This document shows positions 1 through 10,128 of a DNA stretch of 41,907 nt, one piece after another. Position 1 is the stretch's first letter. Each line of letters begins with the position of its first letter. The notes beneath the pieces were generated by a model that saw only the letters and a program-made list of their open reading frames with translations, was not told where the DNA came from and did no database searches. The DNA is taken from IMG/VR virus record IMGVR_UViG_2049941000_000098. The stretch is one strand, 5' to 3'. The DNA comes from an uncultured virus (IMG/VR IMGVR_UViG_2049941000_000098) (lineage: Duplodnaviria > Heunggongvirae > Uroviricota > Caudoviricetes). The translations under genes and the position numbers were made by a program.

Positions 1-45
1 CACATCGTCTTGCCATTGTTGTTATGTTTTAATTATACAATACCG

Positions 46-53
46 CAAATATA
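46..53 (-). promoter_or_regulatory. Bacteroidota -7 promoter box (TATATTTG) for a gene starting at ATG 16 and leaving the window
   Basis: caaatata on + strand matches the TAnnTTTG consensus; A-rich leader then ATG at 16-14. Confidence 0.65.
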
Positions 54-59
54 TAAAAA

Positions 60-1814
60 TTATTGATACGCCAATTCACGTAAAACACGTTCGATTGATT
101 TTCCACCGATAAGATTCATTCGATTTGACCCGTCATACAAATCCGCGATTGAACCGCCTGTCTTGCCGTATGTGTCCGAAAGGAAAAACGCGCCGACATT
201 GGATTGCAGAACGTCATCGGACGAGTTCTTCGCCTTGACGACACGGTGGCGTTTGAAATCATGCACCGCTTCTTGTACCTCCTGTTCCAACAACGGGTCG
301 GCGGTTTGCCGTATGCGCCCCTCGACCAATCCGCGTTGCCAATGCAAATACGGTCTATCCGTGGAGTCGAGTGATATTCGTATGTTTTCCAACCCCAATA
401 TATCCAATATTTCCTGACGCAACGATTCCGATTGGTATTGGTCGGACGCAAACGACACAAGATTCACTACCTGTGATATATCAACGATAAACTGTTGAAC
501 TTTGCTGATTTTTGTCGCGGCGGGATAATGCGGCGGAATGATTTTCAAACAGAAAACCCGTGTGTGTACGTCAAGATTCTTTTCATTGCGCCCGTCGTAT
601 CGGAAACATGTTATACAACCACGGTCGCCCGCTGTCGAAAGGTCAAGGTATATCGAATGCGGACGGTCGGGGAATTTTATACCGCCAGGTATCAAATATT
701 CAATTATTTGCGTATCATTGTCCGTGGACGCTTCGATATTATCCGTTGTGAATATCGGCACATAATCCATCGGATTTATGTAACTTTCGTAAAGGTATTT
801 CAGGTTCGACATGAACGACCCCTGAACCATCGTCGGCACGCCGCAATGGTTTTGCAACGCCAATGCGATGTTCGCCTTGAAATTCTTTAACAGGTTGACG
901 GGGACGAACCGAATGAACTTGTCTTCCTCACCCGTACCCAAAACCCCGATTGCTTCAAACAAACGTGTTCGTTGTGCGTCGGATTCGATTATGCACGGCT
1001 CGGCAGAACCCGAACCGATGAACACCTCGAACTTTTCCGTGGCGTAACGTTCGGGTTTGACCTCGTATGACACCGATGTGATACACGTCGTCCATTTGTC
1101 GCCCTTGACCGCCTGTTTTCGTTTCTCAACGAATGACGATTGATACGACGCGGACGATATTAGAATCGCAAGCGCGTTGACAGAACCGTCGGGATTTGAA
1201 AAACGGGACACAAGCCTGTCCATCAACTGATTGTACAACAATGTGACCTCTTGATATTCTTCCGCCATACCCGTACCGACACCGCCCGAACGGAAGTTCG
1301 CCTCGTCGAGGATGAAACCCCAAATTGACAGTCCGATTTGGTGTGATTCCGTTGACGCGAAATCGATGTGAAATTTGTTCGGAAACGAAATCGATGATTT
1401 CAACCCTTTGTCGATGGGGAAATTTTCATTGAACCACACGCATTCGTCGAATATGTTGCGCAATTGTAGGAATCCCGATTTTTTCGCCATATCGAGGGAC
1501 ACCGAAAAATACAAACAATATATCTCGGTGTTAAGGGCGAGGTGCAATTGCGCCTGTGGCGAACCCGACGCGAACAACCTATAAACACGGTACGCGAAAT
1601 AATAGTTGGAAAACGTGGTCTTTCCGCCGCCGATGCTACCATCCAATATTATTTCGGATGTCAGGGGGTCAATCGACATGCCTTTGTTTATCCAATATTG
1701 GTAAAGGTCTTGGTTGTTGCAAAAATTCGGGGACGTGACAAATTCCTTGAATGATACAAGATTCACGTTATTCAACACCTCGTCAAGAACGTCGATTATG
1801 TTTTCTTTCGCCAT
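60..1814 (-). CDS. terL: Phage terminase large subunit
   Basis: Walker A DGSIGGGKTT, Walker B FILDEANF, coupling motif ISSA, nuclease Asp in IYLDLS and C-terminal SSDDVL. ATG at 1814 (MAKENIID) preferred because the ORF-track start at 1838 lies inside the promoter box at 1836-1843. Confidence 0.88.
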   Translation of the reverse strand: MAKENIIDVLDEVLNNVNLVSFKEFVTSPNFCNNQDLYQYWINKGMSIDPLTSEIILDGSIGGGKTTFSNYYFAYRVYRLFASGSPQAQLHLALNTEIYCLYFSVSLDMAKKSGFLQLRNIFDECVWFNENFPIDKGLKSSISFPNKFHIDFASTESHQIGLSIWGFILDEANFRSGGVGTGMAEEYQEVTLLYNQLMDRLVSRFSNPDGSVNALAILISSASYQSSFVEKRKQAVKGDKWTTCITSVSYEVKPERYATEKFEVFIGSGSAEPCIIESDAQRTRLFEAIGVLGTGEEDKFIRFVPVNLLKNFKANIALALQNHCGVPTMVQGSFMSNLKYLYESYINPMDYVPIFTTDNIEASTDNDTQIIEYLIPGGIKFPDRPHSIYLDLSTAGDRGCITCFRYDGRNEKNLDVHTRVFCLKIIPPHYPAATKISKVQQFIVDISQVVNLVSFASDQYQSESLRQEILDILGLENIRISLDSTDRPYLHWQRGLVEGRIRQTADPLLEQEVQEAVHDFKRHRVVKAKNSSDDVLQSNVGAFFLSDTYGKTGGSIADLYDGSNRMNLIGGKSIERVLRELAYQ

Positions 1815-1835
1815 TGTTGTTGTGTTTTGTTGATG

Positions 1836-1843
1836 CAAATATA
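1836..1843 (-). promoter_or_regulatory. Bacteroidota -7 promoter box upstream of terminase
   Basis: TATATTTG about 20 nt upstream of ATG 1814. Confidence 0.7.
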
Positions 1844-1844
1844 C

Positions 1845-1938
1845 AAAAACGCGGGGAACGGTGCAAATCGATGTTGCCCGTCCCCCGAATCACCTTCCAA
1901 CTGTGGATGTGAACACAAACGGGGTTTGGCAACCCCGT
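1845..1938 (-). terminator. Two GC hairpins, probable intrinsic terminators
   Basis: aaaaac-gcgggg...tccccc and acggggtt-tggc-aaccccgt directly downstream of the 1955 stop codon. Confidence 0.5.
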
Positions 1939-1954
1939 CGGCTCGGTTTCCCGA

Positions 1955-2720
1955 TTATTCGTTTGGAAATTCTGTATCTACCCAATTCAAAAATTCCTTA
2001 AAATATTTAATGTATTGATTTAACAATTCTTTTATTTCGGGTTGAAAATCCACCGCAACATCCATAAATGATTTGTACGATTCTTCGGTGTCTTGACTAT
2101 ACCAATCTATATCATCACCAATACATATTGCGTAATCAACCTGTTCACTTGGATGTGGCAACCACAAACCAACCANNNNNNNNNNNNNNNNNNNNNNNNN
2201 NNNNNNNNNNNNNNNNNNNNNNNNNNNNNNNNNNNNNNNNNNNNNNNNNNNNNNNNNNNNNNNNNNNNNNNNNNNNNNNNNNNNNNNNNNNNNNNNNNNN
2301 NNNNNNNNNNNNNNNNNNNNNNNNNNNNNNNNNNNNNNNNNNNNNNNNNNNNNNNNNNNNNNNNNNNNNNNNNNNNNNNNNNNNNNNNNNNNNNNNNNNN
2401 NNNNNNNNNNNNNNNNNNNNNNNNNNNNNNNNNNNNNNNNNNNNNNNNNNNNNNNNNNNNNNNNNNNNNNNNNNNNNNNNNNNNNNNNNNNNNNNNNNNN
2501 NNNNNNNNNNNNNNNNNNNNNNNNNNNNNNNNNNNNNAAAAATAAGCGGCAATAATGTGGTTTTCATTCCATCCAAATATTTTTCAAACGCCTGTGCGCT
2601 TTCTTGTTTCTGACGTGCTTGACTTTCTAATTCCGCATCACGGCGTGCCGCACGCGCTTTTATGCCCGATAATCTACTCGAAGCCATGTCCTTGATTTTT
2701 AATTGTTGTTTGAAATTCAT
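1955..2720 (-). CDS. Hypothetical protein interrupted by an N gap, with N-terminal LKIKD motif
   Basis: MNFKQQLKIKDMASS... before the gap and an acidic C-terminus ...WVDTEFPNE after it; the join is inferred. Confidence 0.5.
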
Positions 2721-2779
2721 AGTCGTAATGTTTTTTTTATTGTTCATCCACTGAAATATTTAACCCGAATCCGATTTGA

Positions 2780-3116
2780 TTATAGAACACCGTAACTGTC
2801 TCGTTCATCTTCCCATAATGAACTCCAAATAATATCCTCGCAAACACCCGTCATATCACAATAAACGACCTCAATAACGGTGTCATGCGAATGTTTACCG
2901 TCATAGTTTATCGCAAAATCAATTGCTTCATCTTCGTTGTCAAATTCGGCNNNNNNNNNNCGCATCGTCCTCGAATACGGCAAACGGTTTGTAATCCAAA
3001 CCATCACTTATCCGACGCGAATCCGAAACATTCGTTTTTTTCTCATCAACATTCGGTTCGTCGCTATCTTTTACACGACGTGAATCCATCAACCGTTTGA
3101 AATTTATGTTCTTCAT
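2780..3116 (-). CDS. Acidic hypothetical protein with an RRVKDS/NVSDS/RRISD leader
   Basis: MKNINFKRLMDSRRVKDSDEPNVDEKKTNVSDSRRISDG..., continuing after a 10-N gap to ...IIWSSLWEDERDSYGVL; promoter box caaatata at 3144-3151. Confidence 0.6.
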
Positions 3117-3136
3117 ATCTGTAATTTTAAAAATTA

Positions 3137-3385
3137 TCAATCACAAATATACACAATATCTTTCAAATTGGAAATCAAATTTTCCACGAAATCGTCTTCC
3201 CCGATGTCGTCACCCAACAGTTTGTCAACCTGTTTCAGGTACGTTTGGGTAATGACGACACTTCGTATCGCGTCCCGTAATTTGTCAACCGTTTCTTCGG
3301 AGTAGTTGTAAACACCGTTTTCGTTGTCGATGACCGATTGTATTCGTTCGATTTGTTTGGTCAAATCTCTCATCAGTTCGTTCAT
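3137..3385 (-). CDS. Hypothetical protein
   Basis: ORF MNELMRDLTKQ...; 5' end abuts a gap. Confidence 0.55.
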   Translation of the reverse strand: MNELMRDLTKQIERIQSVIDNENGVYNYSEETVDKLRDAIRSVVITQTYLKQVDKLLGDDIGEDDFVENLISNLKDIVYICD

Positions 3386-3399
3386 TTTTNNNNNNNNNN

Positions 3400-3821
3400 T
3401 TTTCAAATTCTTTGTTCAAATCCATTCCTGCGGCGGTATTGCACATCGCGTCGCACAATTCGTTGTACGGATTCCCGTTGTGTCCCTTGACCCATTGGAA
3501 ATCAATCACGGGTCGTTTCTGCGCCAACACCCGTTCCCATGTTTCAAACAGGTCGGTATTCGCGTTGCGTGACCATTTGCCTGACAGGGTGTTCAACGCG
3601 TACATGGAATCGGTGTTCACCGTGACCGACGCGTTCGTTTCGGGCAAATGGTATATCGCGGTTATTATCGCCTTCAATTCCGCGCGGTTGTTCGTTTCGT
3701 TTTCTATTTTCCACGCGCCACGGCGCACCTCGTTCCCGCCACTGTCCAACATCACGTAGGCGAACGCCCCGACATTGTTCTTGTTGGAATAACCACCGTC
3801 TGTGTATATCGTGTATGTCAT
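3400..3821 (-). CDS. rnhA: Ribonuclease HI (3' end in gap)
   Basis: IYTDGG, TNNRAEL, NTDSMYA, NTDL, WVKGHNGNPYNELCD: the D/E/D/D catalytic residues and the His are all present. Confidence 0.93.
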
Positions 3822-3913
3822 GGTTCAATTTTTTCGGGATGAAACTGATTGTCGCGCCACGTTTCGCCTCGTCGGTCAGGACGGTGCAGAACGTCTCTGT
3901 CAGNNNNNNNNNN

Positions 3914-4102
3914 TGTCCGCATTCTCTAATGAATTATGCGGTGTTTTTTGTTTCTTTTTAATTATACTGTTATAAAGAACAATAATGTTACCCTTATCGA
4001 ATGTTGTAAAAGTACGATACGCAATACCGTTGTATTTAAATTTTATTTCATATAGACCGTCGTGACCCTCTACTTCTTTNNNNNNNNNNTTATTGCTGTC
4101 AT
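3914..4102 (-). CDS. RelE/ParE-superfamily (Gp49-like) toxin, partial, not in the ORF track
   Basis: Manual translation of 4079-3914: KEVEGHDGLYEIKFKYNGIAYRTFTTFDKGNIIVLYNSIIKKKQKTPHNSLENA, fitting the GLYEIR...YRIF...IVL...KKTQKTP pattern; probable ATG at 4102; flanked by gaps. Confidence 0.75.
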
Positions 4103-4107
4103 CGTTT

Positions 4108-4606
4108 TTAATACAGATATTCTATATGGCATTCAACATCTTGTTTGTTCATATCGGAAACAAAATTCCTAATCCATCTGTCAATATCACCTTCATCGTT
4201 TGAATAATATTCCGCCTTGTTTGTTTTTATGGTAAACCCGTCTTCTTGTTCAGTTTCCGAAATTTCCGATTTTCTCTTGGCGGTTTGTTCCGAACCACTC
4301 CAAACATATAATCCACACCAAATCAACTCGTCGTCCAGTACGTCGTCATCCTCCGATNNNNNNNNNNAAAACACTTTTTGGAACAAATGTCGGGGTATTC
4401 TTTATTTGTTTGAATTTGTATTTATATTTTTCCTGAACCTTTTGGGGTAATGAATCATAAAACTCTTTGAAATGGTTTCCGTACATCATAATCCGTCTTT
4501 CGGGCTTATTCAAATCGTTATCCATAATCCATTTGGCAAATTGTTTTACCCTTATACATTTGCTGTCACTCATTCGCGTTAACCGTTTCAAATTCAATTT
4601 TTTCAT
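4108..4606 (-). CDS. Hypothetical protein(s) with an RMSDS leader, gap-interrupted
   Basis: MKKLNLKRLTRMSDSK...; acidic C-terminal part after the gap at 4358-4367; promoter at 4634-4641. Confidence 0.55.
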
Positions 4607-4633
4607 ATCCGTATCGTTTTAATCGTTCGGGTG

Positions 4634-4657
4634 CAAATATAATAATCTTTTTATTAC
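4634..4657 (-). promoter_or_regulatory. -7 box with overlapping palindromic operator
   Basis: caaatata at 4634-4641; ataataa-tcttt-ttattac at 4639-4657. Confidence 0.6.
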
Positions 4658-4665
4658 AAACAAAC

Positions 4666-4706
4666 AAAAAAAACACGGGGAAACATTTTTGATTGTCCCC
4701 CCGTGT
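4666..4706 (-). terminator. Intrinsic terminator
   Basis: acacgggg...ccccgtgt stem with an adjacent 8-nt A run (U tail on the - strand). Confidence 0.7.
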
Positions 4707-4737
4707 CCCCTAAACTAACACTTAATCGTAATATGAA

Positions 4738-6112
4738 TCAATATTCTAAACTGTTGATATATTCTTCAACTTCGCGTTCGACATAGTTGCCTTTTTCAAT
4801 GGCACTTATTATTGCATTGTACCAACGGTCGTCAAATTCTACTTCCGATAAATAAACAAAATAATCAGTGTCGTAATCGCCATCCCAATCAAGAATACCA
4901 ACATTATCATCTGCCCTTGCATCACCAAGATAATTACCTGCTTCGTCAATCAAATANNNNNNNNNNTCATAGTTTTATTATTTTTGATTGTTTTTGAATC
5001 GTTAACACCATATTTATTCATAAAGTCGTTGTATTTGTAATCACCATCGTTAAAAACGTGGAAGACAGTGTAATCAGCCACATCGTCTTCGTGCAGGCGT
5101 GAATGTCTTGAATAATTTGGAACTGTGCCGCGTTCCTTTATCCGTTTCGCCAATTTGTACGGGTCTTGGTTGTATCTAACATAATAATGGGCAACCGCNN
5201 NNNNNNNNTTCGGTTTTTCATCGTCGGTGTTCGGTTCGTCGTCAGCGTTTTTGTTGCGGCGTTTCGCACGCATTTTTTCGGCGTAACCGCGCAAATGTAC
5301 GGGTTTCGTCATATCACTGACTTTAGAATCGTTGACCGCCTCCTTCATTTCGTCCGACGCTTCAAATTCAAGGTCGGCGACGTTTTCGGCGATACCCCAT
5401 TTATTCAACAACGCCTTCACAAACCCGTTCGCGTCACCCGTCGCGGCGCACATGTCAATCATGGCGACACCATCCGAACTGTCGGTTTCGTATGTTTCAT
5501 ACTGAACCCCGTCGATTGTGTCACTTTCGTTCGCGTGTTTGTTCACCTCGGCAATCATGTCGTCCTCTGTACCGTCCGTGAACGCGATAAACAAAACACC
5601 GTCAAGTACGTCGGGGGTGTTTTCGTCTTTGATTTTAAGGGAATCGGAAATGCCTTCGTGTACCCAAACACCTTTTAGTTTTTTTGTATTACTTCTAAAC
5701 GGCTCAAATTTCATTTCAACTAAAATATCCCCATCAGACATATTAAGCATAGTTTCTTTTTGAGCCAATGATTGACTTGGTTTTGCACCCCCAACTATCT
5801 TAAATCCCCTGTCAGCCAGATAATCAAAAACTTGGTTTATATCCCATTTGCCAATCTGTTTTTCCAAATACAATTCTAATGAAAGTTTTGTATAAGATAA
5901 ACCATCTTTAATTTGTTTCATATCCTTATTGTTTTTACGTGAATCGGAAATGTTTTCATTGATACACGTCGTCAGATCGGANNNNNNNNNNAATCGTCTT
6001 TTAATGAATGTGATATACCATTCAACAACCTGCGTGTCAATTCCGCATTCGCATCTTCATCAACGAAATATAGACATTTACGTCCGTTGTTATTATCCTT
6101 AACTCGTTTCAT
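4738..6112 (-). CDS. Modular acidic protein(s) with repeated [VI]xD motifs; three gaps
   Basis: MKRVKDNNNG (ATG 6112) ... NISDSRKNNKDMKQIKDG ... GISDSLKIKDE ... AVNDSKVSDM ... GVNDSKT; continuity across gaps is inferred. Confidence 0.55.
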
Positions 6113-6132
6113 GTTCTTATTATTTTAAATTG

Positions 6133-6441
6133 TTAATACCAATCATGTAACCAACCTTGTTCTTGAAAATACAGGCACATGTTTTTAAATTCCTCCTCAT
6201 CATCAATAATCCAATGACCGAATGTAAAAACATCTATGTTATCCCAATCATCAAGTATATGATTAAACTCTTTTTTATATAACTCTTTATATACCTCCTC
6301 AATATACGTTTGAAAATCAAGAAAACTACCCTCGAAATCCGCAACCAACTCTTGCAACCGTTCAAAGGTATTACGTGACATGTTACTTTTCGATACCTCA
6401 ATCAGGGTATCAAAATTATTCACACTAACAGTATAATTCAT
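6133..6441 (-). CDS. Acidic hypothetical protein
   Basis: Complete 102-aa ORF, AT-rich, D/E-rich. Confidence 0.65.
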   Translation of the reverse strand: MNYTVSVNNFDTLIEVSKSNMSRNTFERLQELVADFEGSFLDFQTYIEEVYKELYKKEFNHILDDWDNIDVFTFGHWIIDDEEEFKNMCLYFQEQGWLHDWY

Positions 6442-6442
6442 A

Positions 6443-8818
6443 TCATTCCGTTTTTTTGCTTTGACGCTTGGTAATCTTCACACGTTTCACGTTGTCAGCG
6501 GTCTTCTTTTTGGTTTTCTTTTTACCACCGCAATTGTCCGTAACCTCGGCATCGTCGATGTCCGAATCGTTTTCAACGGGTTCGACATTCGTATCGATGT
6601 CATCGTTGCTATCATCGTCGCTGTCATGGATTTTCAGTTTACCGACCTCGTTGTACGGAACTTCAAATTCTTCCGAACCCTCTTCGTTCTGCCAACGGAT
6701 TACAACGGGTTCTTGACCGTGGAACAACGCGTACTGAACCGTACCACGCTTACCTTTGTATTCGATTTCCTCACCGCGTGCCAACATACGCTCGTCCGTA
6801 ATCGCGTGGCGTTTGTGCTGTTTGTACGAATCACGGATTTCACGAGCGTTCTGTTTCAGTTCGGTTTCCGACGGCAACGAATCGACGATTGTCAGATTGT
6901 AGCCGACGTAGTTTGTCAATTCGTCCTTCAACGCGTCGTAACTGTCGGCGGTTTTCAGGGTGTTGGCATAATCGTATGTGCAAACCCCATGTTGCCCGTT
7001 GTGGCTGTAACATACCATCGTGTCACGGTCGCGGCTTGCCGTTCCGTATGTGTTCGGGAACACGGCGAGAACATCGGAATCCTCAATCAGAAACACAACG
7101 TTTTCCTTAACCTTGCCTTCGGAATCGGTGACACGGCGGTACGCCTGTAGGTTCTTTAAATCCTTTTTGAAATATTTTTCGGCGGCATCGGTGATTTTCC
7201 GACGAATGTTTTTCGCCTTTACCGAATCTTTGATACGCGACANNNNNNNNNNNNNNNNNNNNNNNNNNNNNNNNNNNNNNNNNNNNNNNNNNNNNNNNNN
7301 NNNNNNNNNNNNNNNNNNNNNNNNNNNNNNNNNNNNNNNNNNNNNNNNNNNNNNNNNNNNNNNNNNNNNNNNNNNNNNNNNNNNNNNNNNNNNNNNNNNN
7401 NNNNNNNNNNNNNNNNNNNNNNNNNNNNNNNNNNNNNNNNNNNNNNNNNNNNNNNNNNNNNNNNNNNNNNNNNNNNNNNNNNNNNNNNNNNNNNNNNNNN
7501 NNNNNNNNNNNNNNNNNNNNNNNNNNNNNNNNNNNNNNNNNNNNNNNNNNNNNNNNNNNNNNNNNNNNNNNNNNNNNNNNNNNNNNNNNNNNNNNNNNNN
7601 NNNNNNNNNNNNNNNNNNNNNNNNNNNNNTCACGAATTAAAACCCCATTGTAACCCGTACCTGTGAAATACGGTGTGTCAACCAAATACGGACTAAAATT
7701 TTCAACAATATCGTTGTTTGAATTGTCCCTTACACGGCGGCTGTCGGAAACACGTTTACCGTCTTCCCATATTATCCGAGTGTCTTCTTCACCGTATTTG
7801 GAATATGTTGTTTTGTATATTGTAACGGAATTATCATTCGTTTTAAGACTTTCGGCATATTGTATTGCGTCGTCCATAAAACTAAAACCCTTGAACAAAT
7901 CATTATTACTATCACCCGATACCATTACCTCGTATTTAGTCCAAGTGTCTTTAAATTCTATTCCCCTATAAGCGGGNNNNNNNNNNNNNNNNNNNNNNNN
8001 NNNNNNNNNNNNNNNNNNNNNNNNNNNNNNNNNNNNNNNNNNNNNNNNNNNNNNNNNNNNNNNNNNNNNNNNNNNNNNNNNNNNNNNNNNNNNNNNNNNN
8101 NNNNNNNNNNNNNNNNNNNNNNNNNNNNNNNNNNNNNNNNNNNNNNNNNNNNNNNNNNNNNNNNNNNNNNNNNNNNNNNNNNNNNNNNNNNNNNNNNNNN
8201 NNNNNNNNNNNNNNNNNNNNNNNNNNNNNNNNNNNNNNNNNNNNNNNNNNNNNNNNNNNNNNNNNNNNNNNNNNNNNNNNNNNNNNNNNNNNNNNNNNNN
8301 NNNNNNNNNNNNNNNNNNNNNNNNNNNNNNNNNNNNNNNNNNNNCGATTGAACGTCCCGACATACGGCGGCGTGAATCGGCGACATCCTCGAATCTCCAT
8401 TTTGCATCTTTATACGCATTGCCGCGACGGTCGGACGGGTCGATTTTATCCAAAACACCGTCGTTATCAAACAAATGTTTTTGCAATTGGTTTTCAATCG
8501 CCATCATGCACGTTTTATCGTTTATGACCGCCTCGAACGCATCCCATTTTTTTTCTGAATTGTTAATATGCCATTCGGGGCTTATTTCCCAATCGTATGT
8601 CGTCATGCCGTTTTTATCCTTGACCGTCCAATAGTCNNNNNNNNNNTCAATAATCACGTCAAGCCACGCCTGCGTTTCGGGGTCTTGCGCGTCGTAACCA
8701 ACATAATCTTTAACCACGTCAACGGTAATATCAACACCGTCCTGCTCTGCATCGTATATAGCAATTTGAACCCAATAACGTATTGTTTCAATATCGGCTT
8801 TATCACTAACTCGTTTCA
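6443..8818 (-). CDS. Large modular protein(s) with repeated R[VI]xD motifs; several long gaps
   Basis: MKRVSDK, DVADSRRR, KRVSDSRRVRDN, SRIKDS, RKITDA, RRVTDS, EIRDS, HAITDE, LKIHDS, EVTDN; may be one or several genes. Confidence 0.55.
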
Positions 8819-8838
8819 TATTTTTATAATTTAATTGT

Positions 8839-10068
8839 TTAACGTTCATTCGGTTTTTTGTACCGTTCGCCCAACACGCGGTAAATGGTTTGTTCGTCGG
8901 GGGTGTTCACAAGGTTGCCGCATGAATCGAACAACCCGTTTTCAACCAACCGATAACCCTTCCGTTTCGCGCAATCACGCAAACGCATATTTTCCTCCTT
9001 TGTCCCCGTGGTTGACAACAGGTGTGTCGCCAATTGCCCGTCTGCGGCGCGAATCAGCACCAAGGGGACGTTATCGTAATACCCACGGATAATTGTGTTA
9101 TCCGCAACCATTTTCGTAAATCTTGCGCCGTCTAATTCGTTCTCAATGTTTTTAAATTCCGAATCCGAACATTCGACGACGACGGGCATTGTCGAAATCG
9201 TTTCACACCCGCGTCGGTATTCGCCCGACACCGCCCATTTGTGACCGTCAAGAACGCGTTTCAACGAATCCGCCACCAATTCCACCTCTCGGCGTGTGTG
9301 GTTTTCGACACGCGCCGCCAATTCGGAATCGGCAACTTTGCCCTTCAACATGTCAAGGTGCTTGCACGCGCCACGGAAATAGTAACCCTGACAGGTGCAA
9401 CCCCAATGGTCTTTGATTTTGATTAGACGGTATGTCGCGTCACCGTCCTTTGACACGGCAAATTGGCTGTCGCTAATCCGTGTCAGTTTGTAATTGTCAC
9501 CCATATTTTTGTTTTTGTTGTTGTCACCGATGACTTTGCGTTCGTCTTCCTTTTTCGCGTCATCGTCCTTTTCGGCGATGTAAACCGAACCCTCTTCGTC
9601 TTTGCCGACAATTTCGTCGTCAGGGTTGTTGTCGAGGTATTCTTTGGCGGACGCAAGGTTTTCCTTTTTGTATTTTTTAGTCAACACGGGTTCGCCGTCG
9701 GATTCCATCAANNNNNNNNNNNNNNNNNNNNNNNNNNNNNNNNNNNNNNNNNNNNNNNNNNNNACGTATTCCTCATCGTCCGCGTCAGCGATGTGGCGGT
9801 TGGAATATTCCGACCACAAATCAATCACGCGGGCGTATGCCGCGCTGTCCTTCGTTTTGCGGTAACGCGCGATTTGGTCTTTCAATTCCGAACGTAGGGC
9901 GGAATCGGAAAACGCGTGTTCAAGGGTTTCCTTTGATTGGTGCTTACGACCCACGTTGAAACCCTTCCGATAGTTGTTGTTGTCGGATTTAAGGTTTTTG
10001 TCGGGGTCGGCGGTCATACCCACCTGCTTACCCAATTTGTAATCGTCCAATTCTGCGATTTTTGACAT
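8839..10068 (-). CDS. Fusion: acidic xD-motif N-terminus + SWIM zinc finger + PolX-like palm/thumb lacking catalytic Asp
   Basis: CTCQGYYFRGACKH (CxC-x-CxH); GEYRRGCET; TTGTKEENMRLRDCAKRKGYRLVENGLF...EQTIYRVLGERYKKPNER matches the PolX C-terminal domain. Confidence 0.8.
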   Translation of the reverse strand: MSKIAELDDYKLGKQVGMTADPDKNLKSDNNNYRKGFNVGRKHQSKETLEHAFSDSALRSELKDQIARYRKTKDSAAYARVIDLWSEYSNRHIADADDEEYXXXXXXXXXXXXXXXXXXLMESDGEPVLTKKYKKENLASAKEYLDNNPDDEIVGKDEEGSVYIAEKDDDAKKEDERKVIGDNNKNKNMGDNYKLTRISDSQFAVSKDGDATYRLIKIKDHWGCTCQGYYFRGACKHLDMLKGKVADSELAARVENHTRREVELVADSLKRVLDGHKWAVSGEYRRGCETISTMPVVVECSDSEFKNIENELDGARFTKMVADNTIIRGYYDNVPLVLIRAADGQLATHLLSTTGTKEENMRLRDCAKRKGYRLVENGLFDSCGNLVNTPDEQTIYRVLGERYKKPNER

Positions 10069-10128
10069 TGTATTTGTTGTTTTAAATCACGGGGGACGGT
10101 TTCAATTCCGACCCCCGTAATGTTGTTT

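Noticed and set aside
1845..1940. tRNA genes in GC hairpin regions (also 10089-10118 and 32242-32274)
   Set aside because: Simple stem-loops with no cloverleaf or T-loop consensus.
2068..8497. Long ORFs consisting mostly of X
   Set aside because: Artefacts of translating through N gaps.
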